From: Lingula anatina
Lineage: Eukaryota; Animalia; Brachiopoda
DNA: 64,000 nucleotides
Reading direction: 5' to 3'
Assembly (NCBI GenBank): GCA_051362555.1
Contig: CM120648.1
Location: 349,721-413,720, forward strand
Each line of letters begins with the position of its first letter. Position 1 is the stretch's first letter. Of this stretch, positions 26,453-40,891 are shown piece by piece. The position numbers were made by a program, and so were the translations under genes. The notes beneath the pieces were generated by a model. The model was not told the DNA's origin. It was given only the letters and a program-made list of their open reading frames with translations, and made no database searches.

Positions 26453-29300
26453 AGGAAAGAAGGAACAATGGGAAACGCGAGCACCATTGGCAGAAACACA
26501 TGCTCTGTTTAATCTTCATTATTCCCTCATAGTACAGCTGGAAGCGTGTTGAAACAAAAAGTCTTATTTATAATCACCAGAGCGAATTTTCTTCTTCTTC
26601 AGTTGCGTTTTCTTAAAACTCTCAGATGTTTTATTCTTAAAGGCACAGATAGGCCTCACAAGATCTTGATCTTTAGGTGACGGTAAGATATGGTGGATTG
26701 TCTCGCTGTCTAACAAAGTTTACATAACTCTCTGTCTAATTGCACTTAAAGACCAGGTACACCCAGGGATCGATTACACGAAACGAATTAAATTCAGAAT
26801 CCTTCTGGCATTGGCGCCTAAGATTTTAGCCGACTATGTTGTGTTTCGCAAAGTTTGTAATAAGTCGTGATCGGCCATCCACCGAATACATTTTTTATTT
26901 CCATGCAGTAACAATACCTCATAAAGAATGACAACTGTATTTTCTGAAAGCAAACCAAACACTCGTTAAATGCCATTGGATAATTTACAAGGTCGACATT
27001 CTGTTGTAATCTAAATTATGAGCTTAGAACTACACGTGTAGGTAAAGACCTTCTATTTACAATGATTTTGTTGAGGTGACATATATTTAAGAGACGTTCA
27101 AATCAGTGAAAATGGTGCGATGTTCATGTGTCCGGATCCACGCTACTCACTTTCCTAAGTTTTTTCTATTTGTAACAGTTAATATAATCTGCCTACTTGT
27201 TATGTATACACAGTTATTTTCTTTATATCGTACCTGCTTGATATAATCAGCCTTTTATGAAACACCTTTAAGCTGATTGCTAATACCTGACACATATTAG
27301 CTAGGTCACAGTGACAATTTGACATATCTGTGTGGTCAAATTGACATTGTTATAGTTCGTGGTAAACACGATTCCCAAAGTCGACCTTGAAATTCTTATC
27401 TTAACCCGTCACATGGCTTGTTGAAATTATCTCTAATTATCTGGTGGTCTTAGAAATAACGCCGAGCTTGCACGACATTGCTGACCAAATTTAGAGCCTT
27501 CATTTGATTTGACCACATTCAAATAATTAAGAGACATAAAACTACATGTAGGAGTTAAGTATGCATTGGTTATGACGTGATATAATACAGCAAATAATGA
27601 CGTAAAATGTGTAAAACATGATGGTATCCATGGATCCAACACATCAGCTTAAGTCACTGTCACACTTTAGCGTATAGTACTAACGTATGAGAAAATTAAA
27701 TCGCACGCAGACAAACCGGGTTTGTCAGACTTATGTCGTATACATTTACAGTGCTCAAGCCAAGGTTAGTGCATTTTTTTTAAGTTATACGAGCGTATAA
27801 GTCATACTTTACACATACACTTGGGGAACGCTAGGCGTACGATTAATACATTAGAGTGTCACATATGCATCAGAGATCCAAGTAACATTTAAAATGTTTT
27901 CTGGTATATGTTAAAATAGGGGGGTAAAGCGTGTAAGGCACATTAAAAAACAAACAAAAAAATGTGTGGTTAAGGTAATAAGTAAGAATTATAAACAGGA
28001 TCAATCATTTCCCCATAGACTTTGACATCAGGCAAACACTAATTAAATGCAAAACACTAATTTACAAATACATGCCGACGCCAATGAGAAAGAATAAAAT
28101 GAAGAACCAAGCGTTTTTGAGTATATTCTGAAACCCAGGACTGCAAAAGCACAGAACGAAGAATAGAAAAAGATGCGCTAATGACATTTAAACCCCAATC
28201 AAATGAAATCCCCATTGTCGCCAGTGCTGCAGGCCACCCGCGTTGAGGAATCCGCAGCAAGCATTAATTACCTTGCCTTTTATCTTTAGTTCATTCTGGC
28301 AATCGATGAAGCTGTCTCTTTCCCTCCTGTTACAATGCGTTCCAATTAACACATTATTCTAAATCATTCCTGATCGCTGAAGCTCTGTTTAACACGTTTT
28401 ACAAAAACATTGATCGGAACGCCCTGGGATCTCATGGCGTTGGCTAATGGCCAGTATACACACATATTAATCTGGATCGACCTTGAAACGATCCAAAAGC
28501 ACATGCATGGAAATAAAAAAGAAACAGATAAATAGATAGATAGTTAGATGTTGAGTGTCGTTTAACATTTATTTACCTGTTTATAGGGGATTAAGACTAA
28601 ACTCACTAACAATATCATGTTTGGGGTTATCGTCGCCATTTTATAACATCCTCGGCGAGAGGGCGAATTGCTCCAGATTAAAAACGCTATTCAGACTCTG
28701 TGTTAAACTGGTGCTGTTAACACACAAAGGACAATGTTTGTCCTGGAGCAGGACTTGCGTCTGATCAAATCAAACTCAATCAATTCTCTGTAACGCGTTT
28801 CCTGTTTTTGCAGAAAAGTAAATATTAACTGTATTAGCTCTTGGGGCGTTTGCTCAGGAGGGGAACCTAAGTCCCAGTGATGGAATTGGGTGTAAGCTAA
28901 CAATTGGTTTGGTGCCAAAGCTGTAATGATGGAATTGCCTCTAATGTGCAATACAAGAAATTGAATTAAAGCGCTGGTTCGTATGACAGCCACAGATATA
29001 CACGTTGTTTTAATGGAGCATATGTTTAATTGTTGACCTTTGGTTTTACATTCTGCATTAATCAAAGCTATTTTTAAAATTATCATTTAAGGAGGAAAAA
29101 CACTGTGAACTTGGTGAGAATAATTCATAAAGAGAATTAGTACATGTTTACATGCAGTGAATAGTGCCCCTAAGCATGGATTGAGAATAACTAATAAATA
29201 TACATTTGTGGTCGATATATACGCACTGCAGCGCAACACATATTTCTTAATTGGATATTAAAGTTCAATAACTACACTGTACTTTTCTGCGAGGCTAATC

Positions 29301-29302
<2 letters not shown>

Positions 29303-29353
<51 letters not shown>
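29303..29353. repeat. (CT)n microsatellite
   Basis: Direct reading. Confidence 0.95.
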
Positions 29354-29358
<5 letters not shown>

Positions 29359-30879
29359 CCTCGTAATAAACAGTTCTCAAAGACGTTTCTTTACTGATCA
29401 ATTATTTCCATCTGAGGGATAGACACATCTAAACATATATTTAATTGACATGTCATATATTTTTGGCTACAACTACCGTACTACATGAAAGCGGAAAACA
29501 TGGAACAAGCTAGCATCTCGATATATCAAATTTAATGAGACATAACGTGTTGCAGCCACGATATTCACGCTGTAGTTTGATAGCAAGTACACGTCGTTTG
29601 TGATCTTTTTCATTTCACGGTAGAATATATAGATTTGTTTTCATGCCTTAAAGTACACGCACCATTAACCTTTGATGCCATTATTTATGTTAAAGGCACG
29701 TTCTGTTAAATCTTCGAAATGTATCAGACCCTGGTCTTATGGGAAAACCCTGATAAAGATATCATCCCCGGGGGATACGTTGTCCCAAGCGTCACCTAAA
29801 AAAATATGCCGACAGTCAATGAAAACGCATCATTTATTTATCAAATGATATTTTAAGTTCCTTTGGCACATTAAGAAAATAACAGTTTTCGTGTGAAATA
29901 TGTGAAATATGAAATAGTGGTCAGCCCACTCTCTTATGACCAAACAAGTGCATTTATACTCGTTAATATGGTTGCAATCCATTCTCGGTAAAAAGTACAT
30001 GAAAGTTTTCTGATGCGTTTTCATTGACTGTCAGTATACTACGCGATTTTGTTGTTATTTCAATATACAGACTTGAGAAGTTTTTTATGGAATTACACGT
30101 ACGATAAAACATAAATGTGAGATGCATAATATGAATAACATATACGGTTATTTATGTAGATAATCATGGGGTATTAAGGTTTTAAGCAGGTGATACGTGC
30201 CATAAGATTGACATTTTAAGTGCTTAGACTGTTCGTTTTCCATGTTTATAACGATATGATGAAGCATTAAAACAAGGATTATTGGTTTAACGGTAACCAC
30301 TCTGGTAAATCATGTCAGAAAGGCAGTTCACTAACTGACAAGGATGTAGTAACCGTGATTCAAACTGAGCGTTCTGTAATCATTTTAATCGGTAATTAAG
30401 TGCATCACTACACCTCTACACCGCTCGTGGCTTGCGTGATTCTAATTTTAAGAGATAAGATATTGCACTTGACGCTTCTTCAGCCAGATAGGTGGAATCG
30501 TTCATGAATCGTCGCCGACGATTACGTGTAGACATTATGGCTAGAGACACTCAATAATGACGGTATACTGTATATCAGTTGTGGATCAGAGGGCGTTACC
30601 AGATGAACAACGTTATCTGTTTTCTTAAATATATAGCAAGGCGAAACTCTTAAAGATCTCCGTACACACTGGTGGCAATAACAATATGCGGTTCGTTCTT
30701 GACCGTCATTTAATCGTGAACTTTTTCTAAAATAGACTCTTTCGTATTACTCTCTCTCTCCCAAATACAAACCGACCAAAACCCAGCATTCAAACGACCT
30801 ATATATCTATGGTGAGACAGGTCGGAGACGGCTCAATGAACGACCATAAAAAGCCGAACCGTTAAATTAAGTGGAAATC

Positions 30880-31168
30880 AGCCGAGGCACAGTGGCGTAA
30901 TGTGCATTAAAGATTGCAGAACAAGTGCCTGCATGGGGTAGAATCACATTGAAACTGAACTTAACGCATTTAACAAAAGTTGTGGTTTGTGGCACCTGTT
31001 ACTTTGCATTATGCGGAACCCATGTTGTGGGTTGGCGTGGAATCTGTACAAAGTTACAAAGTTACCGCCCATACGACTGAACAAAAAGAGTGCTCTTAAG
31101 GCGGGTCTGTGAGAATGGTCATATTCCTTCGTGCGAAGACCAGACACTGTCAGATACATTTTACTTAG
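30880..31168 (+). other. Possible alternative non-coding exon ending at a consensus donor
   Basis: TAG|GTAAGT donor at 31169, with TATA-like TATATAT (30800) and CATAAAAAG (30845) upstream. The 5' boundary is uncertain. Confidence 0.3.
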
Positions 31169-34100
31169 GTAAGTGTTCTTTTTAAATCATTTGAACATAT
31201 GAAATACTTGTATATCAAACGGTTCGAGGGCGTCTTACGCAGTTAGTTTCATGTAAAAATTGCTCACAGACGCCTTGTGTTCGGCGTATTTAAGCAACAT
31301 CAAGAGGACAGCGATGTTTTGCTTGAATCCTTCATATAATACTAATAGTAATATGTGTTTAATTTATTCTCTTTACTATACTGTCAAGAGTACAGACTGA
31401 ATGACTCTGGCCAATACTCAGTGTTCCGAGAGAAAAGTAACCTACTAGTCCACATACGCCCGGCGTGGTGCAAAGATCTGCAGATAATAATATGTCCACA
31501 ACAAAAATAAAGAAGCACAGGCGTAATCAATAAACTGTTTATTTTTAAATCCTTAGATTGAATTTTGATGTTAAGCAATTTCAGCGCGTGATTTGATTAT
31601 AACGAAGAGCGTTCATCAGCAATGTTATATCTCTTGTCTTATAAGAAACAGTTTATTTTAAGAAACACATACATGTACTTATTATAGATAGTAAGCAGCT
31701 TCAACGAATGGTTTGAAGATAATGAGATGGCCGTCATAACCAATGATATACTTGTAAATAATACTCAAATCTTAAATTTAGTCCAAATTTATGAATCATC
31801 TGACAATTAAAGGAAAAATGTAAAAGGTTATATTTTACTGTTTATCTTTTCCAAAATCTCCTCGCATTTCCTACATCAAATCCCAGCGGGGCGTTCTTTA
31901 AATGATAACTTGTTAGGACATCCACGTGTAAAAAGTTGTCAGTCTCCCCAGGACGCCAGTTATCAAGGCTACTAGTATGACGTGTTAAAGACAAGTATAA
32001 ATGACCCGTTTAATCTGCCGTAAGTGCAAACGCCAGGTTACATTTCATTAAAATGGCTGGTCGTGTTTTTAAAGCATTAGTTGTCGAGGTCAGATACTCT
32101 TCGGACTCCAAATGTCAAAAAAAAAAAAAAAAAAAAAAAACCATTACCACCAAATGTAAGGCACAGGCGCGTGACATGAGGGGAATGATTTTGAACACTA
32201 TCCTATGCATTATAGACTAAGGAATGGGTCCATTTGTTTTAAACGCATGTGCTAGGTAATCGTTTTCAATTGCCATGCGAAATTCCAACAGGCGCGAAAT
32301 ACATTTGGAGGTCTTAGTGTTAAATGCTGGACGTAATTTACAATTATGTTATTCTTAGCACCAAATCTGACCTTGACCTTGACATTAACAGAGATCCAAA
32401 TTACATTCAAAATTTAAGGGAAATTTTGATTTGATTTGTTAGGCTTTACTTATGAAGACGCTGCTTCTGCTGTAGACCATTACATCCTGTAACATACATC
32501 TCAATTTATATTTCTATTTATATAGAAACATTTAAATGGACTGTTCGTTTGCTGATATTTACGATTTTGTAGGTACAAATAAGCATACACACGTTGCACT
32601 CACGTTTGTATCGTATTTGTTTGGAATTCGCTCCACCTCTGATGACTTTCCATTGTCTTCATATTAGTTTTAATCATCTCTACACATGCCTCTATTGGTA
32701 ACACTTAGTAACCCTGTCATTTCATCAAGATAATTGTGTAACGATGTAACAGCAATTTATTAATCCATAATCGCTATAATGGTGTAAAGTATGTAAGTTT
32801 GACAATCTGGGAGCGTTCAAATGCCTGATAGTTATATATTGATTTAAGACTTGCAGTGGACGACTCGTAAAAGATAAATGTTTTTTTTTCTCTTTTCTCT
32901 CTTCTGGTACCTTAAATTATTATCAAACTGTCATGCTATTATTGCAAAAAAGGCATCCTCGTTAAAGTTTACATCGTTTTTGACAACATCAAAAACACCG
33001 TGCAAATTTGGATTGCTCTTTTTTTCTTCTCTAGTCCAACAGAACACATTTTATAGCAAACCATGTACATATAATGTAAGATTTGTACGTTAATGGTTAG
33101 GGTGTGTCTGATACACCCCCTTCGCTCTGTTAGTGTCCTTGTTGCCCTTCATTTGAAACCATAACGTGATTTAATAGGGCACGTTTATCAACCGTACAAA
33201 TAGTTCATATTTTAGCATACGTCAAGTGCCAAAGAGATAATCACAGTGGCTTTCCCAAAGATTTTCAAGCACACAAATCCCAATTATGTGTAAGTGGAAC
33301 TTAAATGTTTGGTTTATCCTACAACTCTAACGCGAGATGGTCAATAATAAACCCAATATATAATTGTTACGAGGCGTTAGTCACGTACAGCAATTAAACG
33401 ACAAGAGTATTTGGTTTCCATTCCCATTGTCTGGTAGTCAGTTTATTGGGGAAGCACATAAAATGGCAATTGAATTTTATGTTTTGGCGTGCTATTGACG
33501 GGCGTAACTGTTTCTGGAAGTGCGTTTATGTTCGCCATTCCTCATTGTACTTATATACAGATAGTTTTTTGAAGCCATAACTAGTAAAATATATTTGGCA
33601 TACAAGAGAATAAACTCTATTCAGTGTTTTGATAAGGATCGGTAATAAGTTATTCAATTTTTCTGCCACGTTTTTTTTTTTTTTTTTTTTAATCGTAGAG
33701 GTGGGCCGTAATAGTCACAATAAAAGGCAGATTTCAAATTTCAGAAATGTCAGATGCAAAAGCACAAATCACGAGTGTCTGAGCGTGCTCTTAGTAAAAA
33801 TAGATTGAAAGCCATATCGGATCAAGAAGTGTCTGTTTTTTGATTGACGAGAATCCTTAAACCATGCATTTCTTAGGGGCATATTTTATCCCACTAACGG
33901 TCATTTCGTAAACATTAAAAGCGGCAATAAACGTGGCGGTCCTCATTAAATGTATTTGGTATGCATTACAACGTCCACTATTTGATTCCCAGTGGTCAGT
34001 CAGACATACATCCATGTTTGATTATCACTTCAAAGTAGTGTATATAAGATTGGATTGTTTTAATTATATTATATTTGTGCGTGTTTGTTTCTGGCACCGT

Positions 34101-36551
34101 CAAATCATACTGCCATTGTGGCACTCTTAATTGCCTTCGATGAATTTGACCGTGTCCTTGTTTCATTCAGTAAAAAAACGAACAAATACATTGTCAAGCA
34201 CATGTCAATTTTGTCTCCATGTATCCACCTCATTTTACAATATAATTAAGCGGCTTTTGCAAAAAAATGTATGGAAGGAAGAAACGCTCAGATGAATGTA
34301 GCACATATTGCTATTATAGAAAAAGACTATTGAAAGCACTATGGGTTGCCATCCACGGATCGGTTCGTGTTATAAACTCATGCTTTAATGGCGTATGCTA
34401 ATAAACTGACGCTGTCCAAACACTCGTTGGCCACCAACGCTTAGGTCCGTTAAGTATTCATTCTATGTCGAGTGCCCCTTGACTTTTGCCTTAAACAAAC
34501 TAAAACAGAAATTGACCACACCGCCGTGTCAGCGGGAGAACGTGATATTGCGTGTTGCCAAGACCTGAATGTTTTACCATATGGCAGAGAATGTACTGTT
34601 TACTTATGGCATTGTGTTTCAGTTCAAAAGCTTGGTTTAAGATAAAAACAATGTCGGAAGGTGTGCTCTTTATGATTCAGTGACTTTGTGTCTATTTTCA
34701 ATTAATTGATCAGGTTGTGTTCCTCCTTGCCGCACTGTTTACTGCGCCCAACCGTACACCATTCTAACTACAAACGAGCACCGTCATGTAGTGTGTGAAA
34801 ACGTAAATGATAATTGCCTAAATACAAAACTTGTCATGATTTACATGAATGTTTTGTACCTCGTGTAAAATAAATCCTAAGATCCCATTGTGTGTGGAAA
34901 TGTTTTGTGCAGTTTTGGATACCTGGATGAATTAAAACAATCCACATATGGTTGAACGTCAGTGACCTAGCTGTATTTGGAAATAACAACGCAGGGACGA
35001 CTAGTATGCATATGACTCTCCGCCTGAAGACGCATTTGTGTTTAAAAAACATAAAGAGTGCACACTTGGTTTATTAAAAAATGAAGAAATGCAAATACGG
35101 AGATCGATTCAGTGTTTTTAATCAGCTGACGATTAATCAAGTTATATAGTAGTGTTTTAAAAATAAAATACGCCATATACACATAGATTACAGGAGAAAA
35201 TGTTAAATTCAGAATGAAAGAGACTGTGCAGCACGTCAATGTTTGTGATAGAAAAGATACATTTCAGGGATTTCTTGGCGGAATGTTATGGTTAAAAAAT
35301 GATAGTATACGGTGAAACGCAAACGAAAAAGTTATTTTAGAGTCATGAAGCTCTCCGGAGGGCAATTATCACGGCAGGGAACATAAACTACCAGTGCCTG
35401 GTGGCCGATACGAAGACGATATACAGAAGGTATAGTTCTCAGTGAATATATAACTTTACTGGTAATCACAGGTAAAGTAAATATTGTGGCACTGGCAGCG
35501 GGAGAAACGGACGCACCTGACCGGTGTAAAATGAACGCTGGACTTCTGGACGGTTAGGTGTTTTTACATGTGGTCTGTTAAGATGATCGGTTTGAGTAGG
35601 CTGCTTTAGATACTTTAGGTTTGCTTGGCCAAAAAAGATGGGGCTCTGCATTACAAACTTCTGAATAATGCTTTCTTAGTTGTATTTGTTCATTGTTGTG
35701 TCGTACAAGATGTCATATTACGTGAATGTATGGGCTTATTTTGAATTTGCAGTTGTAACAATCCTCAACCGAGAAAAACTCAATTTGGCTCTGGCTTGAA
35801 ATCTATTATCACTATTACAGGACAATTACTGGTTTGTCAAACAGTATCAGTACAACTTAATAATTACCTCAAAAACACACCATGGATCAAAACAGTCAAG
35901 TGTACTAATATTTCATCCATAAAACCAACAAGGCAAATTATTGGACATATCAGTGTTATCACCCGTCTAATGTCATTATTACCACCACATAAAAACAGCA
36001 GCTTGGGACAAATCATGTCCTATATATCCATCATTCTTACAAAACAATTTGCTTGAAATGGCGATAATCTATGGACTAAAGTCTCTATATTTGTCATTAA
36101 TGACTATTTAGCGTAATGATTTGCGGTTTATGGCACGTTTCTGCTTGCATTGGCAGGCAGAGGGGCACGTGACCTTCTGGTGGAATGGTGTGTCAGGGAG
36201 GCGTGCTGTGAACCGCTTAGATTCTTGTCTTACAAGTTGCACAAAATATGTTACATTTGTTTGCCAAGTATGTGATTAAGCTGCCGTGTTTATGGCTTAT
36301 TGCGAACGGAATCGCACATTTGTTTTATTGGCGCACGTACAGCGTGGGTGTACAATCCCTTTCTGAGTTAATTGTACGCAGATTTAATGGTTTGTTTTTT
36401 TTTTCTATTCAAAAATATGTTACTGAAGTAGCTCTTTATTAACAGATTCGTTCCATTCTATCTTTAAAAAACTCAAACACTATGGCTTGATTATGATTTT
36501 TTTTGTTTTGTTTTGTTTGTTTTTCGTCTGAGTGCTTCTGTATATTTCACT

Positions 36552-36795
36552 AGGTCATTGTAACTTTGCAAAGCGTCCTTGACCTTCACCCCACTGTGAC
36601 CTTCACCCCGCCACTGCCCTCCACAATTCACACCTGTGCTTCAATCTTGGCCCTGTTGTGCAGCGCGTTAAGTTCACTCGGAATCCAATTACCTCCTCGG
36701 CGTTTGCTTAATAAAAACCAGACAAACTTGACATTTTCATCCGACGTCAGCGACGATGACAACGTGTACAGTTCACACAGGTTCATCCGGGGTCA
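36552..36795. promoter_or_regulatory. Nuclear-receptor half-site cluster (candidate hormone-response enhancer)
   Basis: AGGTCA at 36552; TGACCTTCACCCC twice (36580, 36597), which is GGGTGA-AGGTCA DR0 on the minus strand; AGTTCA at 36671; and AGTTCA-caca-GGTTCA-tccg-GGGTCA at 36770-36795. Confidence 0.4.
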
Positions 36796-39142
36796 ACCAG
36801 TGCAACGGAGAACAGAATAGACACGGTAATACAATACAGATTGATAAACCAAGAGAAACATGGTGGTATGATTTCTAAAAGCAATCTGTGTTAAAAAGGT
36901 TCGAGAAGGTGAGCATTTAATTAGCATGACCCACGTTGTTTCAGTATAGGTTCATCTTGCAGGTGGTCTTAAGTGATGTGACGGAGTGCAAAGCGTTTGT
37001 GAAATCTTCCCGACACCTGTGTCTATCATGCAATGACTCAATCAGAACTGTAGGGCTCTTCAGCGTGAACAAATCGACAGGCAGTTCTGTTCGTTGAATA
37101 CAAGATGTTGCATCTTTTTGAGCTTTTGATGCGTTAATTTCCATTACCGGCAGGTTGCTCAGGACAGTGCGTCTATTTACAAATAATCTATAGAAGAAAA
37201 AAGGCTTGCGGATCTGGTGTTCTAGGAGCGAGCTCTCAGTATAGGTATTTGGATTTGTCCATGCATGTCAAAGTTTCGAATCAATCGTGAGTAAATTGTG
37301 ACGGTTCAGTAGAACATGTACCTATTTATTTATTTATTTATTCATTTATTTATTTATTCATTTATTTATTTGTTTATTTTGTTTTTTGGTTGTTATAATA
37401 ATATAATAATAATCATTATTATTATTTAAAACATTAAAACTGTACCTCTTTAAATGAAGATGAGTCTCAGATGTCAAACAGTTTAGCTGTTCAATGGGTG
37501 CTTGCGTAACGTCGTTATCCATTATACAATTATTCGACGTCCTTTTGAGATATTATGTACTCAGTTTTTCAAGTTTATTTCTTGGAATGATATGAGGATA
37601 ACCACTGTGAATGTCGGAAGGACAAAAAAAAGATTGACAGGCACTGGGCATGTGCGATACCGCTAGATTTATCACAATGTTGATATTCAAGGATGATCGA
37701 ACACCTACGTCCTCGGAACGACATGAGGAACGCACTGTCTAGTAATGGTTCTCCATTCTGGCGCATGTTGTTCCTAAAGAACTGAACTTTCAGATATAAC
37801 ACATACCTATCAATCTCACTTATTTTCAAAAAGAAAAAATAATCTGGTATTTTGACTTCGGTCACACCGTTTTGGCACCGTTTGAAAGACGCCCTATCAA
37901 TCACTTGTCCCACCACATCAAAGCTGGTTGTCGGTGAAGTGCGATAATGTGTCGCAGAACTGATAGGATAATTTGCAAGTCTTTGGGGCGGCACGCAGGA
38001 AACACGCTACATTGTGTGCCGCGACAATTGCTTCCACGAGTTAAACAGGTTATCAATTATTTGTCATGTCTGTTCATGTTTGGCGATCAGTGAAGCACTG
38101 TAATTCGGTCAAACTTTGATGAAGGAAGTTCAAGGTCATCTGTGTGTCAGGAATAACAGTACACATGCCTTATACTCATAAATGACAAATGCGACGGATG
38201 TTGATATTGCACCATTTCGAGTAGAAAGAAGGCGATGTTTTTTTTTCTATTCACAGTGTAACCCCCCCCCCCCTTTTCATTTCTTCTCTGGGGCAGTTTG
38301 GCATTTGTTAAAGAGGTCCGTAACAAAGACAATATGTGAGGTCGATTGATATTAGGCCATTTAAGGTCGCCAACACTACATTTATCCCAAATCCAAAATA
38401 GAATTGTCGATTTTGATTGAATTAATTGACCATGTAATTGAAACGATTGACCAAATGCTTGATAAGAGTATTTGACTTTGGTGTGACCAAATTTGGTTCG
38501 AACAACTGAGAATCAACTTTCAGTAAAATTAAGCAAGAAACCAAGTTTTGTTGGAGGAGTGGGGTAAAAAAATGATGGCAAGCTATACGAATTTCACACT
38601 TCGCAGAATATCGCAGAAAAGTCATCTCCACATCATAATGCAAGTTACCCAGACTCGTATGACGTCATGCCGTGTACATAGCCTCGTTTTAGCTCGGCTT
38701 CCCCGGATAATTACCATTCAAACTGCATTAGTTTATCTCGTCCTGACTTGAAACCTGAATCCGGCTTGATAATTGTTCCGTGTGGGGCTTTACGTATCAT
38801 AAGTGCCACTTCATATATGTGTGTTACACGATTCACTGGATGTGGGGCAGCATTTTATTAAATATTGAAATATGATAATGAAAGCTTTCACGCTATTTTG
38901 AGTCATGATATATCGTACTTGGTGAGAAATAGAGTCGCCAAGCAATTGCACTTTGAGGGTTTTATATTTGAAAAAAAGAGGGTTGAGCATTCAAAGAAGC
39001 TGAAATATTTATTGAAGTAAATTGTTTTACTGGTCTGGCTTGCTCGACTGTAGTATTTGCGTACACTTAAAATCAATATCATATACTTTTCCAACGCGAG
39101 ATACGGGGCGTGAAGTTATGACACACTTTATGTATTATCACG

Positions 39143-39238
39143 GTCACGCTGTCACGATGTCACGCTGTCACGCTGTCACGATGTCACGCTGTCACGATGT
39201 CACGATGTCACGCTGTCACGATGTCACGCTGTCACAGT
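39143..39238. repeat. 8-bp minisatellite GTCACG(C/A)T x12
   Basis: Eleven units of GTCACGCT/GTCACGAT plus one degenerate GTCACAGT. Confidence 0.95.
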
Positions 39239-39749
39239 GTCATGGTGAAACATACATAGTGATAGGAGTCCTAAACAGAACTAGAATCGTGCAAAGTAAG
39301 AATGAGCTGCACCGTACACAGCACCCTTTACTTGCTAAATGAACGACCCTACACGAATACCAACATCAAAATCTTCGAACTTAATATGTTTTTTATTTAA
39401 ATACATGTATGTTAATTTATATGAAACGTAAATTACTTATTTTCACCATAATAATAGCGAGCAAAAGGGGAAAAACTAAATATAAATCAGAGTAAGAACC
39501 AACAAAATAACTATACATCAGGGCTGTAACAGGAGATCAAACACGCGCAAATCTACGGGAGAAGAAGCTGTGTAGTTTGAGTGCCTGAAAAAACATCTAA
39601 GATTACCTACGCGTGTATCTAAATTAATATTATGTTTAGATTTATACGTCAAAGTATACATCAAAGATAGCAACACGCTGTAACTGACATATAGGCCGCC
39701 CGGCTCTCATCTGTAGCCTTTGAACTTCACTGTGTGTATTTTCCAACAG

Positions 39750-40891
39750 ATACGTGATCTATTGCCTGATTCCACGGGGAATGTTCTGTACAGCGTCCGT
39801 CATTCTAATTAACCAGTTAGTAGACGACCTTTTCTCGCCTCATGTAGGCCGCGGGGGGTCCAGTATTTTATTGTCGTCTGCGGTTGTTTAGTTCCATCTC
39901 GCGTCATTCGTTCATTGATCTACACGATGTAGAGGGCGAATGTAAAGAAAAAGTGATAATTTAGACCCGAGGAGATCTATCGTTTATCAGGCAGCGCGAA
40001 CTTATAGTAATTAAGAAGAGGAAAATCGAATTCGAAGCAGGACAGAAAGGCAGATGTGATGGGGAATATGGATATGGCAGCACCGTAATCGCCTTAATCT
40101 TCAGCTGATTATCCTAGGAGAAATTGAAAAACGCTTAATCCATTGACTTTTCCTCAGACGGGAGAGAAACCTTACGCGTTCAATTATCGGGTCAGTTATT
40201 CAGAGCATCAAAAGATCATTTTGTATCTTGCTGATGAACGAACTTCAAAGAGGAAGCCATTCAGGTGCGAGCAAGGCGAACCAAGCAAAGTAGGACTATA
40301 ATTTGGCGAAACGGACAGATCCAGTTAGCTCATCATGCAAAATGATGCACGTTAACGGGACATTTTTACTTCTCAAGCAAAAATGTTCCACTCCAAGAAG
40401 TGATTTTAACAGATGATAATCCAAACGACCTGACAGAAGCGCCAGACGATCTTCAATTACACAATCAATTTTAAAGAAAAAATTCAGAATAGGTAATTAA
40501 GTGATATCTAACGCAAGACATTTCCGCCACGAACGTTAACTCGATACGCACTTTACTAGATCATATCTTAGATAAGAAAGAACCAGCGGGAGGCAAGACA
40601 TAAAACGACAAAAAAGGACCACTTAAAAGTATGTGACGCGTTGTTCTAGCAACTGCAGCAATTACGCCAACACTTAAAGATCATTATAAGAGTGAAGCGC
40701 ACGCTGCCAGCAGGCAATTGTGTTGACAACGCTAACTTGGTACGCTTCTCGTGTTCAGGATCTTGAACTTAAGAATTGTAATTTATCCGAAGAACCAAGC
40801 TACTTCAACTGGTGCTATGGGATTGCCAGAAGGCCGGTTAAACCCTCTGTCAGTAGATTGAACAGTCATTTTCAAAACGAACCACCTTCAG
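39750..40891 (+). other. Possible long non-coding exon
   Basis: Acceptor tattttccaacag| at 39749, about 1.1 kb of purine-rich repeat-free sequence with no long ORF, and donor CAG|GTAGGT at 40892 with further GT donors at 40905 and 40909. Confidence 0.3.

Noticed and set aside
39143-39238. Repeat array as possible CRISPR
   Set aside because: The units are 8 bp and contiguous with no spacers, the context is eukaryotic, and there are no cas genes.
39022-39342. ORF with repeated CHAVTMSR peptide
   Set aside because: It is just the translation of the 8-bp minisatellite.
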